Shown here: piece after piece, positions 51,910 through 62,417 of the stretch
Layout: every line of letters starts with the position of its first letter
How positions within the stretch are numbered: the stretch's first letter is position 1
NCBI GenBank assembly: GCA_963666055.2
Contig: CAXWPH010000013.1
Location: 15,406-79,405, forward strand
From: Acidobacteriota bacterium
Lineage (GTDB): Bacteria; Acidobacteriota; UBA890; WLXD01
Direction of reading: 5' to 3'
DNA length: 64,000 nt
Notes under the pieces: generated by a model
The model's input: the letters and a program-made list of their open reading frames with translations, nothing else
Told to the model about the DNA's origin: nothing
Databases searched by the model: none
Translations under genes and position numbers: made by a program

Positions 51910-52688
51910 CAGTCCTCCTCTGCCTCAGCGGCGGCGTCCATGACGGGGCGAATCTCCCTCGCCATCTCGCGATAGATCGCCATGCGCGCAGCATTGTCGG
52001 TCGCGCCTCGGTCACTCGCACGCGCGTCGAGTTCCGCATCCCATGGCCGGCCCCAGAGGTTGGTCGCGTGTTCGTCGATGTTGCCTCGAATCCGATCGAA
52101 CTCCCCGCGCAACTCGTCTAGCAGCTCCCGCGTGACGTGTCCTCGGTGTGCCTGGAGAGCGGGTGCGGAGGTCTGAGAGTGATCGAGCCGTGCTTGAACA
52201 CGGCGCTCTCTCTCGTCGGTCAGCGACCGGCCCCAGAGGTTGAGAGCTTGCCGGGCAACATCGTAGGGGCTCGTGCCGAATCGCCGGGCGGCCTTCCGCT
52301 CGGCCTCGCCTTGAGCATCAATTCTGATGCGGGCGGAGCGATCAAGCGGCTGAGCCGCGGCGACGATGAAATCCTCGGCATCGTCGGGCGGCGGCGTGTC
52401 CATCAGCACAGCCATGCGGTCCAGAAAGTAGGCAAGGTTGTAGTGCTCCGGCGGAAGCCGGAGGGGAAGCGCTTCTCCGACTTTCTTGACCAAGAGTGGT
52501 AGCGCGAGGAATTCCCGCAGGCTCACCTCTCGGCGCCCGCCCTCGATTGCTGCAACCGTGGCTTGTGTCCATCCTAGGCCGCAGTCACGAGCGCCCAAGG
52601 CGATGTCCTCCTGCCGCAGCCTCTCGGCGTTGCGCCAAGCACGCAGCCGCTCGCCGACGATTGAGGAAACTGCTGTTGCCATAGTCAT
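51909..52688 (-). CDS. XRE-family HTH repressor-like protein
   Basis: VGERLRAWR...QEDIA...WTQATVAAIEGGRREVSL. Confidence 0.75.
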   Translation of the reverse strand: MTMATAVSSIVGERLRAWRNAERLRQEDIALGARDCGLGWTQATVAAIEGGRREVSLREFLALPLLVKKVGEALPLRLPPEHYNLAYFLDRMAVLMDTPPPDDAEDFIVAAAQPLDRSARIRIDAQGEAERKAARRFGTSPYDVARQALNLWGRSLTDERERRVQARLDHSQTSAPALQAHRGHVTRELLDELRGEFDRIRGNIDEHATNLWGRPWDAELDARASDRGATDNAARMAIYREMAREIRPVMDAAAEAEED

Positions 52689-52794
52689 TGCCTGACTGTA
52701 GCTGCGCGCGATGGGTGGCGTCAAGAATCTCATAACAGGTTTTTTAACCTTTGACCAACTTCTTGACGGGAGCTGCGGGGCCGGCTTAGAGTCG

Positions 52795-52816
52795 GAGCAT
52801 GCCGCTCGACATGCTC
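52795..52816. promoter_or_regulatory. Inverted repeat GAGCATG-N8-CATGCTC in the divergent control region (putative operator)
   Basis: Lies between divergent XRE genes, near TTGAC boxes. Confidence 0.4.
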
Positions 52817-52833
52817 GATAGGAGACACGCCGA

Positions 52834-53046
52834 ATGAAGCCGCAACCATCTCGCATGCGCGCTTGGCGCCTCAGCCAAGGTCTGACGCTCGAAGAGGTCT
52901 CGGACCTCACAGGAGTATCGATGGCCATGCTGTCTAGGGCGGAGCGAGGTAGGCGCCAGCTCAAGCCGATGCGACAGGTTGAGATCGCTCGCCGGCTAGG
53001 CGCACGGGTGCGCGACCTCTTCCCCGTCCAGGCAATGCGGGTATAG
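52834..53046 (+). CDS. Cro-like XRE HTH protein
   Basis: MRAWRLSQGLTLEEVS...GVSMAMLSRAERG. Confidence 0.85.
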   Translation: MKPQPSRMRAWRLSQGLTLEEVSDLTGVSMAMLSRAERGRRQLKPMRQVEIARRLGARVRDLFPVQAMRV

Positions 53047-53053
53047 CCGTGCC

Positions 53054-53326
53054 ATGAGTCGTCCGGAAATTGACGCGCGGAACTCGAAGCGCATATCGGA
53101 GTTGGCCGCGGGAACTCGGCCAGTGAATCGCAGCACGCCAGCATCGCGCGTGCCGCGGTTGCTGAGTGTGAAGGCCGTGGCCGAAGCGACTACGGTACCC
53201 GCGACGACGATCTACACGATGATCGCGCGCGGTGATATCGAGTGCGTCCGCATCGGCCGCGCTGTGCGTATTCGAGAGGACGATCTCGTTCGCTGGATCG
53301 AGACCCATCGGGAGCGCGCGTCGTGA
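53054..53326 (+). CDS. Excisionase/AlpA-like HTH protein
   Basis: LLSVKAVAE...TIYTMIARGDIECVRIGRAVRI. Confidence 0.82.
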   Translation: MSRPEIDARNSKRISELAAGTRPVNRSTPASRVPRLLSVKAVAEATTVPATTIYTMIARGDIECVRIGRAVRIREDDLVRWIETHRERAS

Positions 53327-55007
53327 CGGAGGCGCCTGCCGCGGTGGAGCGAGCCCTGCCCGCGGACACCCAGACCGAGCGCTCGATCCTCGGCGCGGTG
53401 CTGTTGGACAACCAGGCGCTGACCGCCGCGGCGCAGATCCTGTCGCCGGATGACTTCTTCAAAGATGCCAACCGGCTGATCTACGAAGCCATGGCGTGGT
53501 TGTCGGAGCGCTCCGAGGCCATCGATACGGTGACTCTGCGCGCGGAGCTCGAGCGGCGCGACGTGCTCGAGCTCGCTGGCGGCGCCGCGTACCTCTCGTC
53601 GCTTATCGACGGCCTACCTGTCGCCGCCAACGTCGAGCGGTACGCCCGCATCATCAGGTCTGCAGCCCAGCGTCGAGAACTTGCGCGGCTCGGTGAGCGC
53701 GTCGTCGATACGGCTATGGCGTCCGATTGCGATACTACCGAGCTCATCGAGGAGGCACGGCAGGCCCTCGAAGCCGTTGGTGAGGACTCGGCCGGCTCAG
53801 TGGGCCGTCGGGTCGAGCTGCTATCGGCGGCCGACATCGAACCCGCACGCATCATATGGACCTGGGCCGGCCGGCTACCGGCAGGGGAATTGGCCCTGTT
53901 GGCCGGCGAGCCTGGGGTGGGTAAGGGCACCGTCACCACATGGCTCGCCGCACGCATTACACGGGGTGATCTGCCTGGCGACGTACTCGGGACGCCGCGT
54001 GCTGTGATTCTCGCCAGTGCCGAGGACGACCCTCGCCACACGGTGGTGCCTCGCTTATTGGCAGTGGGGGCCGACCTCGAGCGCGTGCAGATTGTCCGCG
54101 TGACACAGGACGGATTGACCGGTGCGCTCACCTTGCCCGATGACGTGGCAGCGATCCGGGCCGGTGTCGAGGCCGAGGAAGCAGCGCTCCTCGTCGTCGA
54201 TCCGATCGGAGCACACCTCGGTGCGGAAGTTGATAGCCATCGGGACGCGAGCGTGCGGCGAGCGCTTGCGCCTTTATCCGTTCTCGCTCAGGAAACCGGC
54301 GCCGTCGTGCTCGCGGTAGCGCATCTGCGAGGCTCGTCGGCCGCGGTCTGTATCGGCGAAGGTGATGGGGTCCGTTGCGTTCGTGGCCGCGGCACGGAAC
54401 GTACTGCTGGCCCGGCGAAGCACCCGACGGCGAGGATCGCGTGCTCTGCCACGCTAAGAGCAACAGCGGCGCCCTAGCGCCCTCCCTTCGGTATCGCATC
54501 GAAGGGCATGATGTTGCGCACGGCTGCGAGACAATCCCAACGTGTGCCATCGCCTGGCTCGGCAATGCGGAGGGCGTGAGTGCGAGCGACATGCTCGCGG
54601 ACCAAGAGCCAGAGGAGCGAAGCGCGCGCTCCGAGGCCGTCGAGTGGCTCATCGCATACCTGCACGACCAAGGGGGCACAGCTCCGGCAGGAGAGATCCT
54701 TCGATCAGCAGAGCGCGACGGGCTTTCATCGCGCACGCTCCAGCGCTCCCGCAAGCGCGCGGGGGTCAGGACGAGCAGGACCAAGAACGGGTGGATCTGG
54801 ACGCTCGAGGCCACCCCAGAAGCATCGACCGACCAAGGCGCCAACCAAGGCACCACGCCTCCTGACACTTTGAATCTTGGCGCCTTGGCGCCTTGCCCGT
54901 CTGACGGGGCTTTTCAAGGTGCCATACATGTCAAGGCGCCTAATAATTACGTTAGGGACACCTTGGCGCCTTGCCCTGCAGCCGAAGGCCAGGAGGTCGA
55001 GCTGTGA
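53323..55007 (+). pseudogene. DnaB_N-AAA_25 replication protein, frameshifted ~54330-54410
   Basis: DnaB_N; GEPGVGKG; ASAEDD; LLVVDP; VAHL; continues in ORF 54375..55007 (KSN, wHTH-like end). Confidence 0.85.
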
Positions 55008-55414
55008 ACGCCGCTGCACAGTTGATCGAGTCCGCTAGCGACGCCGGCCTCACACTGATCCCGACAGGCGACCGCTTGCGCGTGCGCGGTGCTGAGCCGG
55101 TGCTCGCGGACGACCTACTCGAAGACCTACGCCGGTGGAAGCCGGCCATCCTCGACCACTTGAGAGAGGACGCGGAACGCCGACATCAGGTCGCGGTGTG
55201 GGATGCGTGTGACCGTCTCGATGAACTTTACCGACGAGTTGGCAAACCTAGTGACTGGCTGACACCCGCCGTGAAGACGACCGAGGCAGCGGTCGAGTGG
55301 TTCTGGATCGAGGCCAGGCGCCGACGACGACGAGCCGTTCCACAGGGCCCTCGAAGAATGGGAGGGAACGACGACCGACGCGATCATCCGCGTAGCGTCG
55401 CGAGGAGCGAATAA
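55004..55414 (+). CDS. Small satellite protein, TubC-N-like
   Basis: GLTLIPTGDRLRVRG...LRRWKPAIL; same position and family as 17545-17859. Confidence 0.55.
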   Translation: MNAAAQLIESASDAGLTLIPTGDRLRVRGAEPVLADDLLEDLRRWKPAILDHLREDAERRHQVAVWDACDRLDELYRRVGKPSDWLTPAVKTTEAAVEWFWIEARRRRRRAVPQGPRRMGGNDDRRDHPRSVARSE

Positions 55415-55611
55415 CGAATGCGGAGAAACGAGCTTCGCCAGTGGCGTCGCCTTGAGCTTCAACGCTGCCAGGCAACGCTACGTGAAGGTCGCTGCGGACG
55501 GGATGGGAGCGCATCCGTTGGTGGCGTCACAGTTTGCCGCGATCATGGCGCCGCCCTGACCCGACTCCTTGACGACCGACTGCGACAGCACGCGCAACGG
55601 GAGCCGGACCG

Positions 55612-56889
55612 ATGACGAGGGGAGGGGGTGCTGGGGGCTGTAGGTTTTTCGTGGGACCGACAAGAACGGGTGTGATCGGCGCAAAATACCGTAAAGTTTT
55701 TTGTGCGTCCCTAGGGGGTTATGGGTTGTCGAAAGGTCAAGCGCGCACGGCGTGGGTCGGTCGCAATAGCAAAGGACCGGCGGAGGCGTTCGAAGGGCTC
55801 GCGGATGGTTGCTCGATCCATGGCCTCTCTGACGGGACGTGGTCGTTGATCGACGGGATCGAAGAGTTGCTTGATCGGTGCGGACCGAGCGATGTCACGG
55901 TTTCGACGTGGACCGCGGCGAACGCGGATATCGAGCGGGCGGAGCGGTTGCTCGGAGACGGGCGGATCAAGACGCTGCGCCTACTCGTGGATCGGTCGTT
56001 CGAGTCGAGGCAACCGCGCTATTGCGGGCGGGCGCGGCACCTGTTCGGCGACCAAGCGCTCCGGGTGTGGAATAGCCACGCGAAGTTCGTGCTCGTGCTG
56101 GGCGGGAAGCTGGACGTCCTGTACACGACGTCGGCGAACCTGAACGCGAACAAGCGTCTCGAGAACTTCACGCTCTTTGCCGGTGGTGATCTGCCCGGCC
56201 AGTACCTCGCGGCGGTGGAAGAGCTGTGGGAGCTGCAACGGCCAGGCGAGGCGTTCGAGGGTGGCTCTTTCCTGGGGCGTGCACATATCGACGAGATTCT
56301 CGGCGTCGAGAAGTTGATGCGCCGCGCGGAGCTCGCGGCGGCGATCGGGCGGAGTGCCAAGCAAATCAACAAGCTCGTCGATGCAGGGATGCCAGTGGCG
56401 CGGCGTGGGGCTCGTGGGGCACCACACGGTTATCGGCTCGAGGATGTCGAAGCGTGGCTCGCGGCGCGAGACGAGACGATGCAGCCGGGCGAGTTTTTCG
56501 ACGCGGTGCGTGAGCGGGCGCTCAAGGAGCGGGCGCAGAGGCGTCTTGCCGAGCAGACGCTCAAGGTTCGGGCCGGGGACCTCGTCGCGAAGGACGAAGT
56601 GATAGCGGAGTGGAGCGGACACGCGGCAGCGGTGCGGACGAAGCTGGTGGCGATTCCGTCGATGCTGGACATCGACGCCAAGACGACGGGCGCGCTCGAC
56701 GCGCTGATCCGGCAAGTGCTCGAGGAACTCGCCGACGGCAACGACGATCCGCTGGTGACCGAAAAGACCTCATCGCGTGCACGGTCGAAACGCCGGGTGA
56801 AACGGAACGCGAAGCGGTCGGGTGTTCGGGTCGGGCGTAGTCGTAAACGGGCGGCGAAACGAAAGACGATCCGGAAGGTCAAGGCGTGA
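55612..56889 (+). CDS. PLD-like (HxK) nuclease domain fused to Nu1-like terminase small subunit
   Basis: SHAKFVL...TSANLNAN.R.EN; then RAELAAAIGRSAKQINKLVDAGMP HTH, coiled coil and GDLV; start uncertain. Confidence 0.7.
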   Translation: MTRGGGAGGCRFFVGPTRTGVIGAKYRKVFCASLGGYGLSKGQARTAWVGRNSKGPAEAFEGLADGCSIHGLSDGTWSLIDGIEELLDRCGPSDVTVSTWTAANADIERAERLLGDGRIKTLRLLVDRSFESRQPRYCGRARHLFGDQALRVWNSHAKFVLVLGGKLDVLYTTSANLNANKRLENFTLFAGGDLPGQYLAAVEELWELQRPGEAFEGGSFLGRAHIDEILGVEKLMRRAELAAAIGRSAKQINKLVDAGMPVARRGARGAPHGYRLEDVEAWLAARDETMQPGEFFDAVRERALKERAQRRLAEQTLKVRAGDLVAKDEVIAEWSGHAAAVRTKLVAIPSMLDIDAKTTGALDALIRQVLEELADGNDDPLVTEKTSSRARSKRRVKRNAKRSGVRVGRSRKRAAKRKTIRKVKA

Positions 56890-57250
56890 GCGAGAAACCA
56901 TGCTTCACTCTCCGATCGCGAGCCTTGCGTCGTCCTGGCGCGAGGTCTATCGGCTGCCACCGGACTATCGCGGGTGTCGGATTTCTGCGATTGGCACACG
57001 ATGCGTGCCCGCTCCACGTGGTGAACGCGGCGCGCTGTGGGCGAGCCTGAGGGCGGATCAAGCCCGGGCGTATGTGGGGTGGCTGCCGGTCATCATCCGC
57101 ACCCGGCGGTATCCGAGTACGGATCGCTGCGGACGGGCTCGGCGAGCGGGTATGCTCCCAGACTGGGCGGGCGGGCGTCTGAGAGCAGGGCCCGCAACCA
57201 GACGATGATCGCTTCAATGAGGCTGCCGCGTTACGGAGTTTGACCCGAAG

Positions 57251-57560
57251 GTGTGCGAAACAATCGGTGCCTATTTCTATTCGCTACGGGACCCTGCTAA
57301 CAACGAGTTGTTCTACGTCGGCAAGGGCGTTGGCAACCGCTGCTTTGCCCACGTTGCCGAGGCACGGGCCAACGAGCGTGGCATCGAGAAGCTGGAGACC
57401 ATCCGCGCGATCCTTGCCCGCGGGGACGACGTCGGCATCGATATTGTGCGGCACGGACTAAGCGACGAGGTGGCTTTAGAGGTGGAAGCTGCTCTTATTG
57501 ACACCCTGGGGCTCACAGACTCAGGGAATCTCGTCCGGGGTCACAGAGCGGACCGCCGGA
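57251..57560 (+). pseudogene. LEM-3-like GIY-YIG nuclease remnant
   Basis: YFYSLRDP...FYVGKGVGNRCFAH...ALEVEAALID...NLVRGH, then truncated. Confidence 0.75.
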
Positions 57561-57721
57561 TCGGCTTTTCGATGCCTCTCATTGAACAGGCCGTGAGTCC
57601 CACCAGCCGGCCGCGCCTTCCGCAGCCTGTGCGCGCTACGGTCCCATGAACGGCACGAAGAATCGGCGCAATAAAGCTGTTTGAGGATCCGGCAATCCCA
57701 GATACATTTGTAAACAAAGCA

Positions 57722-58180
57722 GCACTGCCCAGCAACCGGTTGGAAGCGCTGCGGGGCAGCCGCGCCGGTCAACATAGCATTCGGATCAACGCGCAGTGGC
57801 GTATCTGCTTCCGTTGGACCGACGACGGGCCGTACGACGTCGAGATCTTGGATTATCACTAGGAGAGCGTGACATGAACGCGAAGAACGGCATGAGGCCG
57901 GTGCATCCGGGAGAAGTCCTGCGCGAGGAACTCGACGAGCTCGGGCTGTCAGCCAATGCGCTATCGCATGCGCTCGGTGTGCCGGTGCAACCGGGTGACG
58001 ATGATTCTCAACGGCCAGCGGGGCGTGAGCGCCGATACGGCGTTGCGGCTGGCCAGGTATTTCGGGACGACGCCGCAACTCTGGTTGAATCTGCAGAAGA
58101 CCTGGGAGCTTCGCCGAACGGAGATCGAGGCGGGACGTGAGATTGCCGAGCGAGCGACACCCCGGCACTCGGTGGCCTAA
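57722..58180 (+). pseudogene. higA: HigBA toxin-antitoxin remnant (HigB 3' part to 57862; HigA 57874-58180 frameshifted)
   Basis: NRLEALRG...[15 protein letters not shown]...DYH*; PVHPGEVL...TALRLARYFGTTPQLWLNLQ. Confidence 0.85.
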
Positions 58181-58200
58181 AGGAGGCATGACCAACAGAG

Positions 58201-58300
58201 ATGGCGTCTCAGACCCCCATCACGATCACCAAGGCGCTCGAATCCATCGAACGCGGAGAATGCGCCCTGCCCGCGATCCGGCGCGAGTTCGTTTTGGCGA
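58201..58300 (+). pseudogene. DUF262/GmrSD-like N-terminal remnant
   Basis: QTPITITKALESIERG..LPAIRREFV. Confidence 0.55.
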
Positions 58301-58369
58301 CCCCAGCAGATTGCACGTCTCTTCGAGAGTCTCATGCGGGGGTTCCCGAATCGAAGTGGAGCCCGTTGA

Positions 58370-60283
58370 ATGAACTACAAGCCAGTACAACTCTGGTCTG
58401 ACGAGCCAACGTCAGTCGATCTCCTAGCGTTTGGTGCTGTCGCCGAGACGGCGGTCGAGGCGGTGCTAGACGACGCGCTTGACCCAATTGCCCTCGGCAT
58501 TTCTGGGCCTTGGGGAAGCGGGAAGAGCACCGTCCTCAAGCTGATCAAAGCCGAACTGGCATCACGAGACGCTGTCAGTGAGGACGAAGCCAGAGCGGAC
58601 AAGCGGATTCTTGTGGTAGAGACCGACCCCTGGAGGTACGACCCGGATGTCGGAGCGAAGGCCACGCTGATACTCGAGGTTCTCAACGCCCTGGCAGCCG
58701 AGCTTGAGAAACACGGCGGCGTGCCTGAGGAGGTCGAGGGCGCTCTGAAGAAGTTGGCCAAGCGGGTGAACTGGGTGAAGGCGTTCAAGCTTGCTTCTCG
58801 CTCCTCTATCACATTCCAACTCCCTGGAATTGATGATTTGTCCAGCCTTGTCAACGAGGGCGACGTGGAGGGCGACCCTGAGCCGCGGAACCTGGACGAG
58901 TTCCGCCACGACTTCGCGAAGTTGCTAGCAGACGAGCAACTCCGTCACTTACGACGGGTTGTGGTATTGGTCGATGACCTCGACCGATGCCTGCCGGACA
59001 CGGTCGTCGACACTCTCGAAACGATGAGGCTCTTCCTGTCCGTCCCGAAGATGTCCTTCGTCATCGCAGCTGACGAGGACCGCGTGGCGGACGCCCTTCG
59101 GGATCGCTATCCGTTGGACAACGGATTGGCTGGGAACCCGGAAGCTCCAGCCCGTCTTTATCTGCACAAGATCGTCCAGACGACCCTTCGCCTTCCTGCG
59201 CTCAGCCGGTTCGACACGGAGTCGTATCTGCTGCTTCTGCTCCTCCAGCGCAAGGTGGATGCGCAGCTGACCAAGACTCAATTCGGGCAGATCGTAGAGG
59301 GCTGTGCGGAGCTGCGCATCGCTGCAGGGACCATTGATTCGATAGGGATCCCAGAGGGCCTCGACATCGCTGCTGAGATGCAGTTCGCTGCTCGGCTGAC
59401 ACCGATCCTCTATGAGAAGCTGCGGGGTAGTCCGCGACGCGTGAAGCGGTTCTTGAACGATCTCGGTGTTCGTTCGTCCATCGCTCAACGCAGGGGAATC
59501 GAACTCGATGTCTCGGTGGTCGCGAAGCTCATGGTGCTGGAGCTATTGCTGCCTGAAGAGTTCGACATGGTTCTCGGCTGGCTCGCCCGCGGCGAGCTGC
59601 GGCATCAGCTTGCAAGACTGGAGGAGATCGCGGGCCGGTCTTCCCCGACAAAGAAGCCTCACGAGGTCGAAGACCAGGAGTCGGTTGAGGACACATCGAA
59701 GAAGCCTCGCCCCAAGCAGGGCAAATCGACCTCGGACAAGCCCGACGACAAGAACGGAAAGGACGAGAGCTTTACGGACAACCTCGTTCGATGGGCGAAG
59801 CTTCCACCATCACTCGACGACATTGACTTGAGCCCGTATATGCACCTCGCAGCATCCTTTGCTGGGACTCCTCTCATCGACTCGGGGCTGCCCGAACGAC
59901 TCAGGGATGTCGCTGCAAACTTCCTGTCGTCAAGTCGTGCCTCGCAGAAGTCGGTCACTGATGCTGACATCGAGAGCCTCACCCCGGCTGATGTCCAAGC
60001 GCTGATCGAGCACCTCAGCAGAATGGCGAGGGATCGGCCCGGTGATCTAGCCGGCGTCGGTGCGATCCTGCGTGTGGCAAGACTCGCTGATGCCGCATCG
60101 GTTGCTGCAACTGCGCTGATGGCGATCCCAGCAAAGGAGATCAAGGCACCGGTGGTTCTCTTGTTCGCCAACAACGATGCGTTGACGTACCGGACCGTGC
60201 TTGAGCGCTGGAGAGATGGGACCACCGAATCAAGCGTCAAGAACGCCGTCGCTGCTCAGCTCAATCCACGAGCGGCTAGCTGA
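58370..60283 (+). CDS. qatA: KAP-family P-loop NTPase of the Qat anti-phage system
   Basis: WSDEPT..DLL, GPWGSGKS, VLVDDLDRC, YLHKIVQ, PRRVKRFLN; first gene of the operon. Confidence 0.88.
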   Translation: MNYKPVQLWSDEPTSVDLLAFGAVAETAVEAVLDDALDPIALGISGPWGSGKSTVLKLIKAELASRDAVSEDEARADKRILVVETDPWRYDPDVGAKATLILEVLNALAAELEKHGGVPEEVEGALKKLAKRVNWVKAFKLASRSSITFQLPGIDDLSSLVNEGDVEGDPEPRNLDEFRHDFAKLLADEQLRHLRRVVVLVDDLDRCLPDTVVDTLETMRLFLSVPKMSFVIAADEDRVADALRDRYPLDNGLAGNPEAPARLYLHKIVQTTLRLPALSRFDTESYLLLLLLQRKVDAQLTKTQFGQIVEGCAELRIAAGTIDSIGIPEGLDIAAEMQFAARLTPILYEKLRGSPRRVKRFLNDLGVRSSIAQRRGIELDVSVVAKLMVLELLLPEEFDMVLGWLARGELRHQLARLEEIAGRSSPTKKPHEVEDQESVEDTSKKPRPKQGKSTSDKPDDKNGKDESFTDNLVRWAKLPPSLDDIDLSPYMHLAASFAGTPLIDSGLPERLRDVAANFLSSSRASQKSVTDADIESLTPADVQALIEHLSRMARDRPGDLAGVGAILRVARLADAASVAATALMAIPAKEIKAPVVLLFANNDALTYRTVLERWRDGTTESSVKNAVAAQLNPRAAS

Positions 60284-61122
60284 TGGGCACAAGCGGCGCG
60301 TACACGGGAGCGGGCGGCAAGGCCGGCAAGGAGACGGGGGAGGGACTCAGCGACTGGCTCGATTCGTTACCGGGCAGTCCAGACGGCGGTGACACCACAC
60401 CGAACTTGGACGGGACAGGAGCAGGCGAGAAGCCCGTTACCCAGCTTCCGCCGAAGGTCGTGAGCGGGCTCTTGGGTCTGCTCCGGCCTCGATCCACTAG
60501 CGGTGGTTCAAGTGATGGCCCCGGCGCCGGCGGAGGTGGCATTGCGACGGGGGGTGGCTCGGCTCCCGGCGGGAGCGGTCGTGCTCGTGCGGGCTCGGGC
60601 CGATCGTCGCGGCGTCTCGCATCCGTCGGCGGTCGGGCTGCTGCGGGCGCCTACGCGTACGCGCGCGGGGATGCGGCTGGGCTGCGTTCGTTGGGTCTCG
60701 ACTACGGCGAACTCCGTACGTTGAACGATCCCCTCGAGGTGACACGTCGAATTGTTGATGCCGTGTGCGGTCAGCAGGATGATGGCAGGTTGGAAGAGGC
60801 CGAGGAGCGGTACGTAGCGGCTTCGGTTGCCGTCTGGGTGCTGGAACAGAGCGAAGACGGGGAGCTGCCCGATGTGGACGATGTCGCTCGGTATGCGATA
60901 GCCACGATTGTCACTGAGGTCCTCTCATCGGAACTCGGCGCGGCACTGCGCGATCGACCTAATGCGGTTGCCGACGTCGCTGAGGACGAACTCCGTGATG
61001 CTGCCACGGTGCTTGCAGGGCAGACGGAGCTGAGCACCTCAGGTCCAACAGAGGACGAATTGACCAGGGCTATCGAGGACGGGATCGAGAAGCTCCGACA
61101 GATCTACGGAGGCGGATCGTGA
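60283..61122 (+). CDS. qatB: QatB
   Basis: MGTSGAY N-terminus, Gly-rich, position between the KAP NTPase and QueC-like genes. Confidence 0.8.
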   Translation: MGTSGAYTGAGGKAGKETGEGLSDWLDSLPGSPDGGDTTPNLDGTGAGEKPVTQLPPKVVSGLLGLLRPRSTSGGSSDGPGAGGGGIATGGGSAPGGSGRARAGSGRSSRRLASVGGRAAAGAYAYARGDAAGLRSLGLDYGELRTLNDPLEVTRRIVDAVCGQQDDGRLEEAEERYVAASVAVWVLEQSEDGELPDVDDVARYAIATIVTEVLSSELGAALRDRPNAVADVAEDELRDAATVLAGQTELSTSGPTEDELTRAIEDGIEKLRQIYGGGS

Positions 61123-62417
61123 GCTTCCACTACGAGCTGAAGCTCAGGCCTCGCACGCGCGGCAGTCGGGACGATCCGCTGGCAACGTTCTATTGGCCGG
61201 CGGAGGGCCCATCGAGCTTTTCCGCACCATTTGGCCCCCGTCTTGCGGCTATCGGGGCGGTACCACCGCCCAATGTTGACCTGGTGCGGTTAGCACTGCT
61301 CGTGTTTGCAGCGGACCGCTCAACGATTCGAAGGGTCGGCACAACGAACTGGTCGAGCAGGGACTTCTCTCTAACGGTCCCAGTGTCCGACGCGCGGTCA
61401 TGGGACACGGTCTCAGACGAGCTGGGCGGCCTGCTTGCCTTCCTCACCGGGGACACCTGGGCGCTTGACTTCAGGAACGCACGGCCGCCGAAGGAGCAGG
61501 CGCTCAAGAAGTCCGACCTGCAAGGGCCTTCCCGGGTGGTTCTGATGAGCGGCGGTGCCGACTCTGCGCTTGGTGTGCTTGAGTCCCGGCGTCAACTCGA
61601 CCCGGCCGAGTCTCATGTACTCGTGTCGCATGTCGGTCTCACTGCGCTGGCCCCAATCCAGCGCAGGGTTGCAGAAACTGCATCGACGATCGCTCCCGGG
61701 CCGGCCCAGTCGGTTGAGCAGATTCGACTGGTTCGACGACAGCGACAGGCGGACGGCTCGAAGTTCAAGATCGAGCCGTCATCTCGATCGCGTTCCTTTC
61801 TCTTCTTGGCGCTCGGACTTGCGCATGCGTCTCTCCACAGAGTGCCTCTGTGGATTCCTGAGAATGGGTTCGCGTCGCTCAATCCGCCCTTGGCTCCGAA
61901 CCGACGCGGCGCCCTCTCAACGCGGACCACTCATCCGGCTTTTCTTGACGGGCTCTCGCGGATCCTCAACAACGTCGGGGCGCACCCGGCCATCGTGAAT
62001 CCGTTCGCTCGCATGACCAAAGGAGAGATGTTCCGTGCTGCTGCCGACCAGTTTAGTGAGGCCGCGATCAGCGACCTTCTAAGCGCCACACATTCGTGTG
62101 GCCTCACAGGCCAGCGCTCAAAGAAGATCTCCACGACGACACAGTGCGGGGTTTGCTTCGGCTGTGTGGTTCGACGTGCCTCCTTCGCTGCGGCAGGGTT
62201 GACTGACACGACTGTCTACGCCGATCCGAGCAGTTCCGACGATCTCGCCAAGTGGCTTGACCACAATTCAGTCCTTCCGGACATGCGACGGTTCGTCAGG
62301 AGAGGCGTGACCCGGCGGGACCTCCTGTCGATGAGCCTGCCGGATAGCTACTCGCTCAGCGATGCGCGCAGCCTTTGTGGGCGCGGCGTGCAAGAGCTGC
62401 GGGAGTTCGTCTCTTGA
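61119..62417 (+). CDS. qatC: QueC-like protein QatC
   Basis: SGGADS, RSRSFLF, PENG..SLNPPL, STRTTHP, TKGEM, SC..CGVCFGC. Confidence 0.92.
   Translation: MSFHYELKLRPRTRGSRDDPLATFYWPAEGPSSFSAPFGPRLAAIGAVPPPNVDLVRLALLVFAADRSTIRRVGTTNWSSRDFSLTVPVSDARSWDTVSDELGGLLAFLTGDTWALDFRNARPPKEQALKKSDLQGPSRVVLMSGGADSALGVLESRRQLDPAESHVLVSHVGLTALAPIQRRVAETASTIAPGPAQSVEQIRLVRRQRQADGSKFKIEPSSRSRSFLFLALGLAHASLHRVPLWIPENGFASLNPPLAPNRRGALSTRTTHPAFLDGLSRILNNVGAHPAIVNPFARMTKGEMFRAAADQFSEAAISDLLSATHSCGLTGQRSKKISTTTQCGVCFGCVVRRASFAAAGLTDTTVYADPSSSDDLAKWLDHNSVLPDMRRFVRRGVTRRDLLSMSLPDSYSLSDARSLCGRGVQELREFVS

Noticed and set aside
52689-53144. N-terminal extension of the 411-aa ORF 51909-53144
   Set aside because: It overlaps the divergent cro/xis genes; the HTH begins near 52688.
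56899-56970. Possible N-terminal stub of terminase large subunit after the TerS fusion
   Set aside because: Too short, and no ATPase motifs follow.
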